DNA of 64,000 nt. Source: an uncultured virus (IMG/VR IMGVR_UViG_3300042292_001068) (Duplodnaviria; Heunggongvirae; Uroviricota; Caudoviricetes). The stretch is taken from IMG/VR virus record IMGVR_UViG_3300042292_001068; one strand, given 5' to 3'. A model generated the notes under the pieces. The model was not told the DNA's origin. It searched no databases and saw only the letters and a list, made by a program, of their open reading frames with translations. This document shows positions 55,940 through 64,000 of the stretch, in pieces. Both the position numbers and the translations under genes were made by a program. Numbering within the stretch: position 1 is the first letter of the stretch; every line of letters starts with the position of its first letter.

Positions 55940-56548
55940 CTATTTAATTATTGTTGAAGGGTAAATCGTAATTATAATTTCCGTTTCGGGCATTAAATAT
56001 GATAATCTTAATTGCAATTCATTGAAAAATTCAATTTTATTATCATCTGTCATAGGAATATCAATTATATCAGATTGTTGTTTATATGCACTAAAATAAT
56101 TACCTACTTGTAATGGTTCTGACTGCATACGCCCATTTGGGTTTGTAATAATTTTATGAAGGCAACAATTTAATTGCTTACTTCTAAATTTAGGATAATC
56201 ACACCAAACTTGAAACCTTAATAATGTAACTTGTTCTTTTGCTTCACTTAAAGCAGATAAATTTCTTAAAAACCTGTTATATTCTACCCCCATTCCACAA
56301 GAATATGCTACTTTATTTTGCTTTTCGTGTTCGTAATTGAATAAATCCACATCGTAGAGTTTTTCATCTGTTAGATTTTTAATGCGAATTTGATAAGGTA
56401 ATAAAGATTCTTTTTTTGGTATATTAAATTCGGAAACCTTAAAGTCAATAATTTCAGTTTTTTCATCTAAAATACTATCTTCTATTATTTTTGGCTGACT
56501 TGAAAATTTAGCCGTTATTTTTTCACCTTTTTTGTTTTTACTTGACAT
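55940..56548 (-). CDS. Uninterrupted paralogue of the split domain of the three spike-like proteins
   Basis: Colinear motif match to the termini of 4506-5972 (DLF, YN.F..NL, QL, NG, SAY.QQ, L.P, IY). Confidence 0.6.
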   Translation of the reverse strand: MSSKNKKGEKITAKFSSQPKIIEDSILDEKTEIIDFKVSEFNIPKKESLLPYQIRIKNLTDEKLYDVDLFNYEHEKQNKVAYSCGMGVEYNRFLRNLSALSEAKEQVTLLRFQVWCDYPKFRSKQLNCCLHKIITNPNGRMQSEPLQVGNYFSAYKQQSDIIDIPMTDDNKIEFFNELQLRLSYLMPETEIIITIYPSTIIK

Positions 56549-56560
56549 ATTGGTTTTTTA

Positions 56561-56806
56561 TTAATTAGTAATTCTAAATGTTTCATCAAACTTATTACTT
56601 ATATCATCGAAATTCATTCTCGGTGTAACTCCCATTGAAAAATGAATTACCATATCTCTTTCGTTATCGTATTCCTCTCTCAATAAGTCCAAAATTTCAA
56701 CAACAATTCTTTCTCTTTCAGTTCCGATTGTTTCGGATGTTGTTGGAAACGCATTATTAATTTTTTCTTCCAACTTGTGTAAAGTGGTTTTATTTTTACT
56801 GCTCAT
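56561..56806 (-). CDS. Hypothetical protein
   Basis: ORF. Confidence 0.5.
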   Translation of the reverse strand: MSSKNKTTLHKLEEKINNAFPTTSETIGTERERIVVEILDLLREEYDNERDMVIHFSMGVTPRMNFDDISNKFDETFRITN

Positions 56807-56811
56807 TTTTA

Positions 56812-57021
56812 TTATTTATTCGGTTTATTAAAATCAAGGGTATGATTACTTGTTATGCTTATTTGGTTGCTATCAAAATGTCTTATTTTACCATCATCAA
56901 AACTTGCACATACCCATATTGTATTTCTATGAATACCATAATCAATCAGAAACAAAACCTGTGCTTCACCGAATGGTGTATTGCAGGTAATTATTTGCTG
57001 AACTTCGTGTATGGTAGCCAT
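56812..57021 (-). CDS. Conserved phage hypothetical protein
   Basis: TP.G.A..LFLIDYG...N..WV. Confidence 0.55.
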   Translation of the reverse strand: MATIHEVQQIITCNTPFGEAQVLFLIDYGIHRNTIWVCASFDDGKIRHFDSNQISITSNHTLDFNKPNK

Positions 57022-57023
57022 AA

Positions 57024-57266
57024 TTAAAAAATATCATCAATAAAGATGAATTGGTTCTTTTTTTCTTCAATTATATCGTATCTGACAAAATTAACTGCTT
57101 CGTCAAAAGTTTTCCCATTTTGAATACAAACTTCAATTAATTTAGTAAATGAATAAGAAACCTTATTGGATTCATTTTCTATTCCTAAAATTGCTTTATC
57201 GAACCCCTGTATAACATTTATCTCTTTGTCGAAATACTTGTCATTAATCTTTTTTTGTGTTATCAT
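57024..57266 (-). CDS. Conserved phage hypothetical protein
   Basis: GFD.AILG...V.YS..K.IE...EA..F..Y; start revised. Confidence 0.5.
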   Translation of the reverse strand: MITQKKINDKYFDKEINVIQGFDKAILGIENESNKVSYSFTKLIEVCIQNGKTFDEAVNFVRYDIIEEKKNQFIFIDDIF

Positions 57267-57267
57267 A

Positions 57268-57654
57268 TTATTTGAATTTAGATAAATCAAATTTTGCGAT
57301 TTCGTCAAGTTGTTCTTTTGAGAAAAAACTTAATTGTTGTTCGTCAATAGTATTGGTAACATATTGACCACCCTGCCGTTGTCTTTCTTCCCAAGTTACA
57401 CCACGAAGATTCGGAAAATCTTCTTGAACCTTTTGCCACAATCTTTTTATTGTATGAACATTTGAGAAATTAGAATACTCGCCATCATTATTTTTCTCAT
57501 ACAATTTAGCGAAGTAATCATTTTTAGAAATACCTTTAAAAGTCATTTCAATAGTATGAATTTCCTTTATACAAAGCATCCAATCATCCCTCGTTTCAAC
57601 ATCATTAGAAAGTATGTTGTAAATCAACTGAATTAATGAAGCATTTATGTTCAT
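57268..57654 (-). CDS. Hypothetical protein
   Basis: TRDD; TI.R..QKVQE..P.LRG. Confidence 0.55.
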   Translation of the reverse strand: MNINASLIQLIYNILSNDVETRDDWMLCIKEIHTIEMTFKGISKNDYFAKLYEKNNDGEYSNFSNVHTIKRLWQKVQEDFPNLRGVTWEERQRQGGQYVTNTIDEQQLSFFSKEQLDEIAKFDLSKFK

Positions 57655-58271
57655 AGGGAATTAGTTTTGATATTACTAACTAACTTTCGGGAAACCACTT
57701 CATCTTTATCATTCTTTGTTGCTTCAATGTAGCAATTAGGAACGAATGTAACGGCATCTGTAAGGGCATACGAACCATCGGGGTTTCTTTGTTGAGTAGT
57801 TGTTTGCACAACGCATCCAATACCATTAATTTCCATCGCTTTTGTGGACTTCATCCAACCTTCATTTTCGCTTGATGCTTTACTTATAAGTTTGAAAGTA
57901 TCTCCATCGCCAAAAAAAACTATATCCTTAACATTTTTTTTTGCACCATTTGAATCAGTATTTCCAAGTGATTTTACAGGCATTTGTTTGTGTGCAAATT
58001 CGTGAAATTCTGCTTCATTAAATTCATCGTATGACTTATTGAAAATAGATTCGCCACAAGGATAAAACTCACCTTCAATACCACGCATAATATAATCTCC
58101 CACAACTGCTTTTAATTGACCTTCCCTCGTTTGAATCCAAAGGTGTTCGCCATTTTTAAAACACATTTCTATTCCGTTTTCATAGGTACAGAACGCTTTA
58201 ATTTCTTCTAAATTATCACCTGTCCATTGTAAAGCCGAAACAGGAATTGGCTTTTTTACATACTGCTTCAT
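57651..58271 (-). CDS. Two-domain phage protein (PGDYG-like N-terminus)
   Basis: YVKKP..V.A.QWTG.N; T.EG...A.VGDYI..G..GEFYPC...F...Y; GWMKSTKAM domain. Confidence 0.6.
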   Translation of the reverse strand: MKQYVKKPIPVSALQWTGDNLEEIKAFCTYENGIEMCFKNGEHLWIQTREGQLKAVVGDYIMRGIEGEFYPCGESIFNKSYDEFNEAEFHEFAHKQMPVKSLGNTDSNGAKKNVKDIVFFGDGDTFKLISKASSENEGWMKSTKAMEINGIGCVVQTTTQQRNPDGSYALTDAVTFVPNCYIEATKNDKDEVVSRKLVSNIKTNSL

Positions 58272-58286
58272 ATAATTGATTTTAAT

Positions 58287-58595
58287 TTACATTTCTAAAT
58301 GCTTCTTTATTAATCTATCTACAATGCCCAACACCTTAAATTCAGTAGGTATTTTAAGCCAACGCAGAAAAAGGATATTTTTACACAGGAAGAATAGGAA
58401 TACAATAAAAAGAAAAAAAGATACCCATATATAAATAAAATACTTCTTAAAAGTAGATATAGATTGAACATATTCTTTTGATAATATATACCCTAAAAGG
58501 TGAGAAATGTTTTCAGATTTTTCTTCAATAATTCGATTTCTTTCTTCTTCGTCTATATTGCTCATATCAATAATTTTAATCCCATTTAATTCCAC
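58287..58595 (-). CDS. Hypothetical TM protein
   Basis: Hydrophobic segment. Confidence 0.45.
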   Translation of the reverse strand: MELNGIKIIDMSNIDEEERNRIIEEKSENISHLLGYILSKEYVQSISTFKKYFIYIWVSFFLFIVFLFFLCKNILFLRWLKIPTEFKVLGIVDRLIKKHLEM

Positions 58596-58824
58596 CTATA
58601 TTCGTACCCCTTAAACCACAAATAATTGCGTTCTCAATATCACAATGATAAATAATCATTTCGTTATCTATCATCATACAGGTAGTTCCGTAAAGTGCGT
58701 TGTTATAAAACTCCCTATTCAAATTTGGAAAGTTTTTTAATACTTCTTCAATCTCGGAATTAGTGAATCCCATTTGGTATTTTGTCGGATAGTTATAAAC
58801 TATATCGTAAACAGATTTACTCAT
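58576..58824 (-). CDS. Hypothetical protein
   Basis: ORF. Confidence 0.5.
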   Translation of the reverse strand: MSKSVYDIVYNYPTKYQMGFTNSEIEEVLKNFPNLNREFYNNALYGTTCMMIDNEMIIYHCDIENAIICGLRGTNIGGIKWD

Positions 58825-59075
58825 ACTACTTCTTTTTTTAATACATTCTTTTTTATGAAACGCTTGATTATTTTATTCACATAATCCGATTGTAAAAAAT
58901 CTTTCGGATAATCAATTACTTCCATCTTACATCCATTTTCAGAAATGCTTACTTTTTTAATTTCAGCATTAGGGTATTTTGAAAGAAAGCAACGGATTAT
59001 ATTCCTACCCAACCAACTCTTTTGAGTTTTAGTCAATGTTAGTTTCTTATTCTTGATAAATGTGTTTAGAATCAT
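58821..59075 (-). CDS. Basic hypothetical protein
   Basis: ORF. Confidence 0.5.
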   Translation of the reverse strand: MILNTFIKNKKLTLTKTQKSWLGRNIIRCFLSKYPNAEIKKVSISENGCKMEVIDYPKDFLQSDYVNKIIKRFIKKNVLKKEVV

Positions 59076-59077
59076 TA

Positions 59078-59536
59078 TTATTTTATTGTGTTAAAGATTG
59101 CACGAATTTCCCTGCCCAATTCCATATCGTTTCCGTATTTCTTTACTAAACAATTAATCATAACTAATGACAATGTTTTTTCATCTTTTGTCAAATCCTC
59201 TATTCTTGTTTTATCGCCTGTTAAAGCAGATAAATTAGCAGTAGTGAAATCACTAAACATTCCGATTGAACAATTATGCTCTGAAAGAAAAATTCTTAAT
59301 TTATCTATGGTTGTTATTCCTACAACACGATGTTCTAATAATTCATTTTCCGTTTTTTGAAGCAAATGAAAGAAGTTTTCGTAAGCGTAACTAAACTTCC
59401 AAAACAGGTTGTCGTAACTAAATTCTGAATTATGGTATTCCTCATTACCTAATGAAGATTTAAGAAATTCAAGCGATATATTATTTTCAGAAATAATCTC
59501 CTTCAAACTTGAATTGTTCGGTAAGTGATTTGTCAT
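59078..59536 (-). CDS. Hypothetical protein
   Basis: C-terminal KY.NDMELGREIR. Confidence 0.55.
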   Translation of the reverse strand: MTNHLPNNSSLKEIISENNISLEFLKSSLGNEEYHNSEFSYDNLFWKFSYAYENFFHLLQKTENELLEHRVVGITTIDKLRIFLSEHNCSIGMFSDFTTANLSALTGDKTRIEDLTKDEKTLSLVMINCLVKKYGNDMELGREIRAIFNTIK

Positions 59537-59553
59537 AGCATTTATATTATTGA

Positions 59554-59589
59554 CAAATATAGAAAATAATTTGTAAATGATTACATTTG
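59554..59589. promoter_or_regulatory. Divergent Bacteroidota-type -7 boxes
   Basis: TATATTTG (minus, 59554-59561) and TACATTTG (plus, 59582-59589) between divergent genes. Confidence 0.6.
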
Positions 59590-59621
59590 CATAAATTATT
59601 TAATTAAACAACTTATTAACA

Positions 59622-60188
59622 ATGGAAATAATTTTAGAGCAATTTATTAAGGAGTATTATTCTGCTATATCGGAAAAAATAGAGCAACAACAAATTACAT
59701 ACGGCTTGTCAAGAATACATTCTCATAGACACATTTCAAGATGTATTATTTATTCAGATTGGTACGCAGACCTATTAAATATACCAAAAGATGATATTAA
59801 AAGGATGCAGTTGTATTTTGCTATTGCTTTTCACGATATTGGTAGAGAAGGAGAATTAGAAGATGTTTGGGAAGCAAAATCACGGCAAATGGGTATTGAT
59901 TATTTAATTGAGTTAAAACTTGACAAGTATCAAGTCAATAATAATCTTGTTTTATCTCATATAATTCACGATGTAGATTGTTTAGATATAATGCGAAGTG
60001 GTGCAGGTCGTGGTGGTATTTTGGGATTTGATAGAAACTACCTTATATTATTTAGGGAAAATACATTTATGCAAGATAAATTGATTTCAAACGCTTGGAA
60101 TTTAATAAATTTGACAGATAGTGATTATTTTGAAAACACAGATTGTTTGAAAAATATATACGACTTAAAATTTAACGAATGGAAATAA
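59622..60188 (+). CDS. HD-domain protein
   Basis: HS..H..R, FHDIGR, HDVDCLDIMR. Confidence 0.75.
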   Translation: MEIILEQFIKEYYSAISEKIEQQQITYGLSRIHSHRHISRCIIYSDWYADLLNIPKDDIKRMQLYFAIAFHDIGREGELEDVWEAKSRQMGIDYLIELKLDKYQVNNNLVLSHIIHDVDCLDIMRSGAGRGGILGFDRNYLILFRENTFMQDKLISNAWNLINLTDSDYFENTDCLKNIYDLKFNEWK

Positions 60189-60763
60189 CCCTATCAATAC
60201 TAATTTGTTCTGTTGAAACAGAAGAAAGACAGGAGAAATTAAAGAAATTGATTTATGAATTGCATAGACAAATATCAAAAAATTATGCCGAAGAAATTGT
60301 GGAGATAATTGTTGATACCGACAATATGAATAAATCAGTAGGAAAAAAAAGAAATGATTTAATTGAAAAATCGCAAGGGGAATTTATTTGTTTTATTGAT
60401 GATGATGATTTTGTTTCTGAAAATTATTTAAGCATAATACTACATCACTTAAATTCGGGAATTGATATTCTTTTAATTGGTATAGACCACATAAAAAATG
60501 GTGTTAATGAAATTAAAATACTACCATCGCTTTATATAGATAATTTAATAACAAATGAAGCAGTATTTAGAACAAATCATTTTCATTTATGCCCCCACAA
60601 AAAATCAATAGCAAAGAATGTATTATTTGAATGTATTAATTTCGCAGAAGATATGCTTTACTCACAGAATATGGTTAAGCACATAAATAATTCATTTATT
60701 ATATATGAACCTATTTATATTTACTTTGATAACCTTGAAAAAAGTTTAACACGAAATGTTTAG
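60179..60763 (+). CDS. Glycosyltransferase family 2
   Basis: LSILICS, G.KRN.L, FIDDDD, ED. Confidence 0.8.
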   Translation: MEITLSILICSVETEERQEKLKKLIYELHRQISKNYAEEIVEIIVDTDNMNKSVGKKRNDLIEKSQGEFICFIDDDDFVSENYLSIILHHLNSGIDILLIGIDHIKNGVNEIKILPSLYIDNLITNEAVFRTNHFHLCPHKKSIAKNVLFECINFAEDMLYSQNMVKHINNSFIIYEPIYIYFDNLEKSLTRNV

Positions 60764-61250
60764 TATTATTCCAAATCTGAATAACAATTTTTATAATTGG
60801 TTCGGTGAAAGCAAAATAGTTGATACAAATAATCAGCCAATGATAATGTATCACAAATCAAGATGCAAAGAATTATTTAATGAATTTAAGTTAGATGATA
60901 CAGAAAAAAACCCCTATAATTCTGATTATGGGGTTTTCTTTGTTAATGCTCATTATTCACATAATATATCTTATATTGGCGATGGATTAGAATATTATGT
61001 ATTCTTAAAAATATTTAATCCGTTTTATATTTACGATTTTAATGGTCAGCCATACGATATGCTTGGACAAACACTTGTTTATATTGATGTCAGTAAGTCA
61101 TATTGTGATGATTTAAAATCCAAAGGATATGATGGAATAATAATTAAATCGAATCTATATAATCAATATGTTGCATTTGAGCCACATCAGATTAAAAGCG
61201 TAAATAATGATGGGAATTATAATACTGAAACAAATAACATATTTCAGTAA
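60756..61250 (+). CDS. Stand-alone ART-PolyVal-like (ADP-ribosyltransferase-fold) protein
   Basis: F.NWFG.SKIVD...P..MYH; VFL.I.NP; GYDGII; YVAF.P.QIKS..N.G. Confidence 0.65.
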   Translation: MFSIIPNLNNNFYNWFGESKIVDTNNQPMIMYHKSRCKELFNEFKLDDTEKNPYNSDYGVFFVNAHYSHNISYIGDGLEYYVFLKIFNPFYIYDFNGQPYDMLGQTLVYIDVSKSYCDDLKSKGYDGIIIKSNLYNQYVAFEPHQIKSVNNDGNYNTETNNIFQ

Positions 61251-61429
61251 TTTTTAATTTCATTTCCTTCATCATCCACAACAACGGCATATCCTAAATC
61301 TATAATTTCTTCCTGTGTAGTAGGTGTTTTTGAATTATCTGTTTTATCTGAAAAAATTTCTAAAATTAATTTTTCGGCAAGACCATCTATTAAGTCGAAC
61401 CATACACTATTACTTCTCATACTATTCAT
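61244..61429 (-). CDS. Hypothetical protein
   Basis: ORF. Confidence 0.4.
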   Translation of the reverse strand: MNSMRSNSVWFDLIDGLAEKLILEIFSDKTDNSKTPTTQEEIIDLGYAVVVDDEGNEIKNY

Positions 61430-61871
61430 TTATTAAATTCAACATTCTTTCTACTACATCTTTGCTCGTATGACCATCAAATTCATATTTCGCTTTTTCA
61501 ACTTCGGGAATTTTAAATAAATCCCAATCTTCCATTTTATAGTGATTAGTTATTTGACCACTTGGTAAAATAGCAACTACAACAAACCAACCACCACCGA
61601 AACATAATTCTCCGTTATTATGACAAATTGATTTATGAATATCGTATTTGTATGTTCTTGATACAACTTTTGCATATAGACCACCTTTATCATTTTTTGC
61701 CCATTCTTTAATTTCAGTTATATGTTTTGCCCATTCATTAAATAATAAAGCATTGTAAACTTTGCGAAATTTATAAAGTTCATCAAATGTATGGTAGCCA
61801 TCGGAAATACTACCTCGTTCATCTTTTAATCCATAAATTAATTCTTGAACTGCCTGTAATTTATTTTCCAT
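61422..61871 (-). CDS. Conserved phage protein (WDGH-like)
   Basis: ISDGYHTFDELY; GWF.V...LP.GQI..HY...WDLF; FDGHT. Confidence 0.65.
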   Translation of the reverse strand: MENKLQAVQELIYGLKDERGSISDGYHTFDELYKFRKVYNALLFNEWAKHITEIKEWAKNDKGGLYAKVVSRTYKYDIHKSICHNNGELCFGGGWFVVVAILPSGQITNHYKMEDWDLFKIPEVEKAKYEFDGHTSKDVVERMLNLINE

Positions 61872-61873
61872 AA

Positions 61874-62398
61874 TTAAAAATGATATTCAGTATTTAATAT
61901 TTCGATTGCATTTTGACAATCAACATCTGTCAATCCTAAATTTGGATTTGTACGAATAAAATTATTTCGTTGAACATATAACATATCGAAATCATCATCC
62001 AAAATAACATATTGATAATCTACACCTTTTTCTTTACGATTAAAGTTTATACCATTATCTGAATGAATATTCGTATCAATCCATTGGTTAATTTCAACAC
62101 CTCTCGGAATAGATAAATGAATTTTCTTTGTCCTATCAATATATTGGTATGCACGAATGGTAACACCCACAATTAAATCATAAAACCAAAATCCTTCTTC
62201 TTTCATAAACTCAATAGTCGTTTCTAAATCCCATTTTCTCCACGAAGAACTTAAAACAATTTTAGCACCTGTCGAATCAATAATGTGTTTCAATAATTCC
62301 TGTTTTTCATCTTCTATTTTCCATTCGCCACCAACACCCTCAATACTTTTAGGGGTAGCCAATACACCATCAATGTCTAAAAAAATATACTTTTCCAT
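61874..62398 (-). CDS. HAD-superfamily (HAD_SAK_2-type) phosphatase
   Basis: IFLDIDGVL, IVLSSSWR, RG.EI..W, YVILDDD; start revised to MEKYIF. Confidence 0.8.
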   Translation of the reverse strand: MEKYIFLDIDGVLATPKSIEGVGGEWKIEDEKQELLKHIIDSTGAKIVLSSSWRKWDLETTIEFMKEEGFWFYDLIVGVTIRAYQYIDRTKKIHLSIPRGVEINQWIDTNIHSDNGINFNRKEKGVDYQYVILDDDFDMLYVQRNNFIRTNPNLGLTDVDCQNAIEILNTEYHF

Positions 62399-62399
62399 C

Positions 62400-62693
62400 T
62401 TAATTAATTCTTTCAAAAATATGACCAATAAATTCTCCGTTTTGATAACGATAAGAACCAACATACTTGCGTTCAACTCCCATATCATTCGGTATCGGAT
62501 GACCTGTACCAAATAATTCAAAATACCTATTTTCGTATTCTTCTTCCAAAGGATAAACTAATCCCCAAATACAAGGGAGATTATTCGCATCAATATCAAC
62601 ATAAAGTAGTTGAGTATTTATAGGCATTTTAATCTCAAATCTACCAACGAAACCCCTGTCGGTAGTGCAAAATTTCCAAACTTCTTGATTCAT
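62400..62693 (-). CDS. Conserved phage hypothetical protein
   Basis: MP....L.V...PCIW..V...FGTGHP...YVGS. Confidence 0.55.
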   Translation of the reverse strand: MNQEVWKFCTTDRGFVGRFEIKMPINTQLLYVDIDANNLPCIWGLVYPLEEEYENRYFELFGTGHPIPNDMGVERKYVGSYRYQNGEFIGHIFERIN

Positions 62694-62704
62694 ATTAAAT
62701 ATTT

Positions 62705-62917
62705 TTAAGGTGCAACGGCTAAAATCATATTCTTACTTCTTCTACTTAAAACCCTGCAATTTCTTCCTGTTGCATTATTTAAGTTTGATATTACATCTAC
62801 GGCAACTGATATACTAAATTCAGTTGTAATATAATCCCATCTCCCCCTTTCATTATTAAACATTTCGATAGCATAATTACCATCTTCTGTTTCTTCATTT
62901 ACTCTATGCGTTTCCAT
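62705..62917 (-). CDS. Hypothetical protein
   Basis: ORF. Confidence 0.45.
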   Translation of the reverse strand: METHRVNEETEDGNYAIEMFNNERGRWDYITTEFSISVAVDVISNLNNATGRNCRVLSRRSKNMILAVAP

Positions 62918-62918
62918 A

Positions 62919-63257
62919 TTAAAATAAATTAATTTTTAATGGATTTTTAATTAATTCCTTACTTCCGTTTAATCCCTGTTTGTATTTCTTCAAAGCATTT
63001 TTAGAATTTAATGCAGAAACATAAGAATAACCACTACGAGTAATAATTTCGGGATTAGGATGATTGCCACCAATGATAAATGTTTTCAACTCAAATTCAG
63101 CCAATTTAATATCTAATGTTTCTTCGTTGATTTCATAAACTTTATGACCTGCGTATGGAATTATTTTACCTACCAATTCTTTTTCTTTTTGTTGCTTTTT
63201 TTGAATGGATAATTCCATTTTGTCTTTCTCTTGAAAAACTCCTTCAAATTCTTTCAT
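62919..63257 (-). CDS. Hypothetical protein
   Basis: ORF; Y..ALN.KNA.KK. Confidence 0.5.
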   Translation of the reverse strand: MKEFEGVFQEKDKMELSIQKKQQKEKELVGKIIPYAGHKVYEINEETLDIKLAEFELKTFIIGGNHPNPEIITRSGYSYVSALNSKNALKKYKQGLNGSKELIKNPLKINLF

Positions 63258-63267
63258 CTTATTTATT

Positions 63268-63513
63268 TTAAAACCAATCTAACATTCCTAATTGCCTTTT
63301 AGCATACATAGTATCATCTTCGGGATTGCTTTTCATATTTAATGAAATACTTTCTCCGTAGCAACTACAAGTAGGGTTTCCTTCCTTGTTTATACCGAAT
63401 GAAATAAAACCTGCTGAAACAGGTTGGAAATTACGAAAATTACTATGTTGCATTATTTCGCCAAATACGATTATTTCATTATCTTTTGTTCTGATGTATT
63501 TTACCTTATTCAT
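63268..63513 (-). CDS. Conserved phage hypothetical protein
   Basis: F.E...HS.F...PVSAGF; C.CYGESISL. Confidence 0.55.
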   Translation of the reverse strand: MNKVKYIRTKDNEIIVFGEIMQHSNFRNFQPVSAGFISFGINKEGNPTCSCYGESISLNMKSNPEDDTMYAKRQLGMLDWF

Positions 63514-63824
63514 TATTGATTTGCTTTACACATTTTACAACCTTCATTTTCTCTTTCGCCACCTTCACCTTTATACTTTAACCAATTACCTTTCGGGTCG
63601 CCAATACCATCCCAATTATTTAATTCCTGTGATGCTTCTGATTGGCTTGAATAACAATATCTTCCGTAATAACCAATAGGCGTTAATCCGATAACTATTC
63701 CTGTGGTAAAAACAAAATTTTGAAGTCCACAAATTCCGTGATTAGGAACTTTCTTAAATTGATAATACCCTTCTGTTTTTAGGTATTTAATCAATTCCAA
63801 TTCTTCTTTCGTAAATTCTTCCAC
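63513..63824 (-). CDS. Conserved phage hypothetical protein
   Basis: FT.G...GL...GY.GRYCY...A...L..WDG.GDP.G.W.K.KG. Confidence 0.55.
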   Translation of the reverse strand: MEEFTKEELELIKYLKTEGYYQFKKVPNHGICGLQNFVFTTGIVIGLTPIGYYGRYCYSSQSEASQELNNWDGIGDPKGNWLKYKGEGGERENEGCKMCKANQ

Positions 63825-64000
63825 CTTAAATAATGTAATTCGTTAATAAATAAAAAAACAATATTCCTGCGATGAACCCATATATGAAGTTCTTTCTCGC
63901 AATTCTAATTTTTTGATAATTTCTCATTTTTTCCTAATTCCTAAAATCAATGTAATTAATATAAAACCTATTACACATCCAATAATTACTTTCAATATAA

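Noticed and set aside
29071..63679. Plus-strand shadow ORFs within the minus-strand block (e.g. 29071-29508, 41602-41940, 62283-62516)
   Set aside because: Antisense to well-supported genes.
1..64000. Eukaryotic giant virus (NCLDV) origin
   Set aside because: Despite Topo IB, gmd/fcl and a DUF5754-like gene, the peptidoglycan hydrolases, OmpA domain, RecT, lipoprotein, overlapping operons and Bacteroidota promoters indicate a bacterial host.
1..64000. Stop-codon reassignment
   Set aside because: Recognisable genes are intact under the standard bacterial code, and TAA, TGA and TAG all end genes at sensible boundaries.

Overview
AT-rich, gene-dense 64 kb segment of a large dsDNA virus, most likely infecting Bacteroidota (TAnnTTTG -7 promoter boxes, A-rich translation starts without Shine-Dalgarno). 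No terminase, portal, HK97 capsid, tail or integrase gene is recognisable in this window. 1-26.4 kb (+ strand) is a putative virion/lysis module: about 30 single-pass membrane proteins, many sharing a [SA]-x-F-[ED]-G motif and an acidic ...LDL/LNL tail; three paralogous spike-like proteins in which beta-propellers are inserted into a domain that has an uninterrupted paralogue at 55.9 kb; a histone-H1/AT-hook-like protein; and several peptidoglycan hydrolases. 26.5-44 kb (- strand) is an early/replication block (initiator, RecT, PD-(D/E)xK nuclease, DUF932, UvrD-like helicase). Its intergenic gaps hold a covarying pseudoknot-like element (7 copies) and two minimal tRNA-like elements, and it sits downstream of a ~650 nt non-coding leader. 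44.8-64 kb is accessory (SLT, PolB-palm-like, HNH, DenV-like, Topo IB, gmd/fcl, HD, GT2, ART-like, HAD). All family calls are by motif recognition only; no searches were run.
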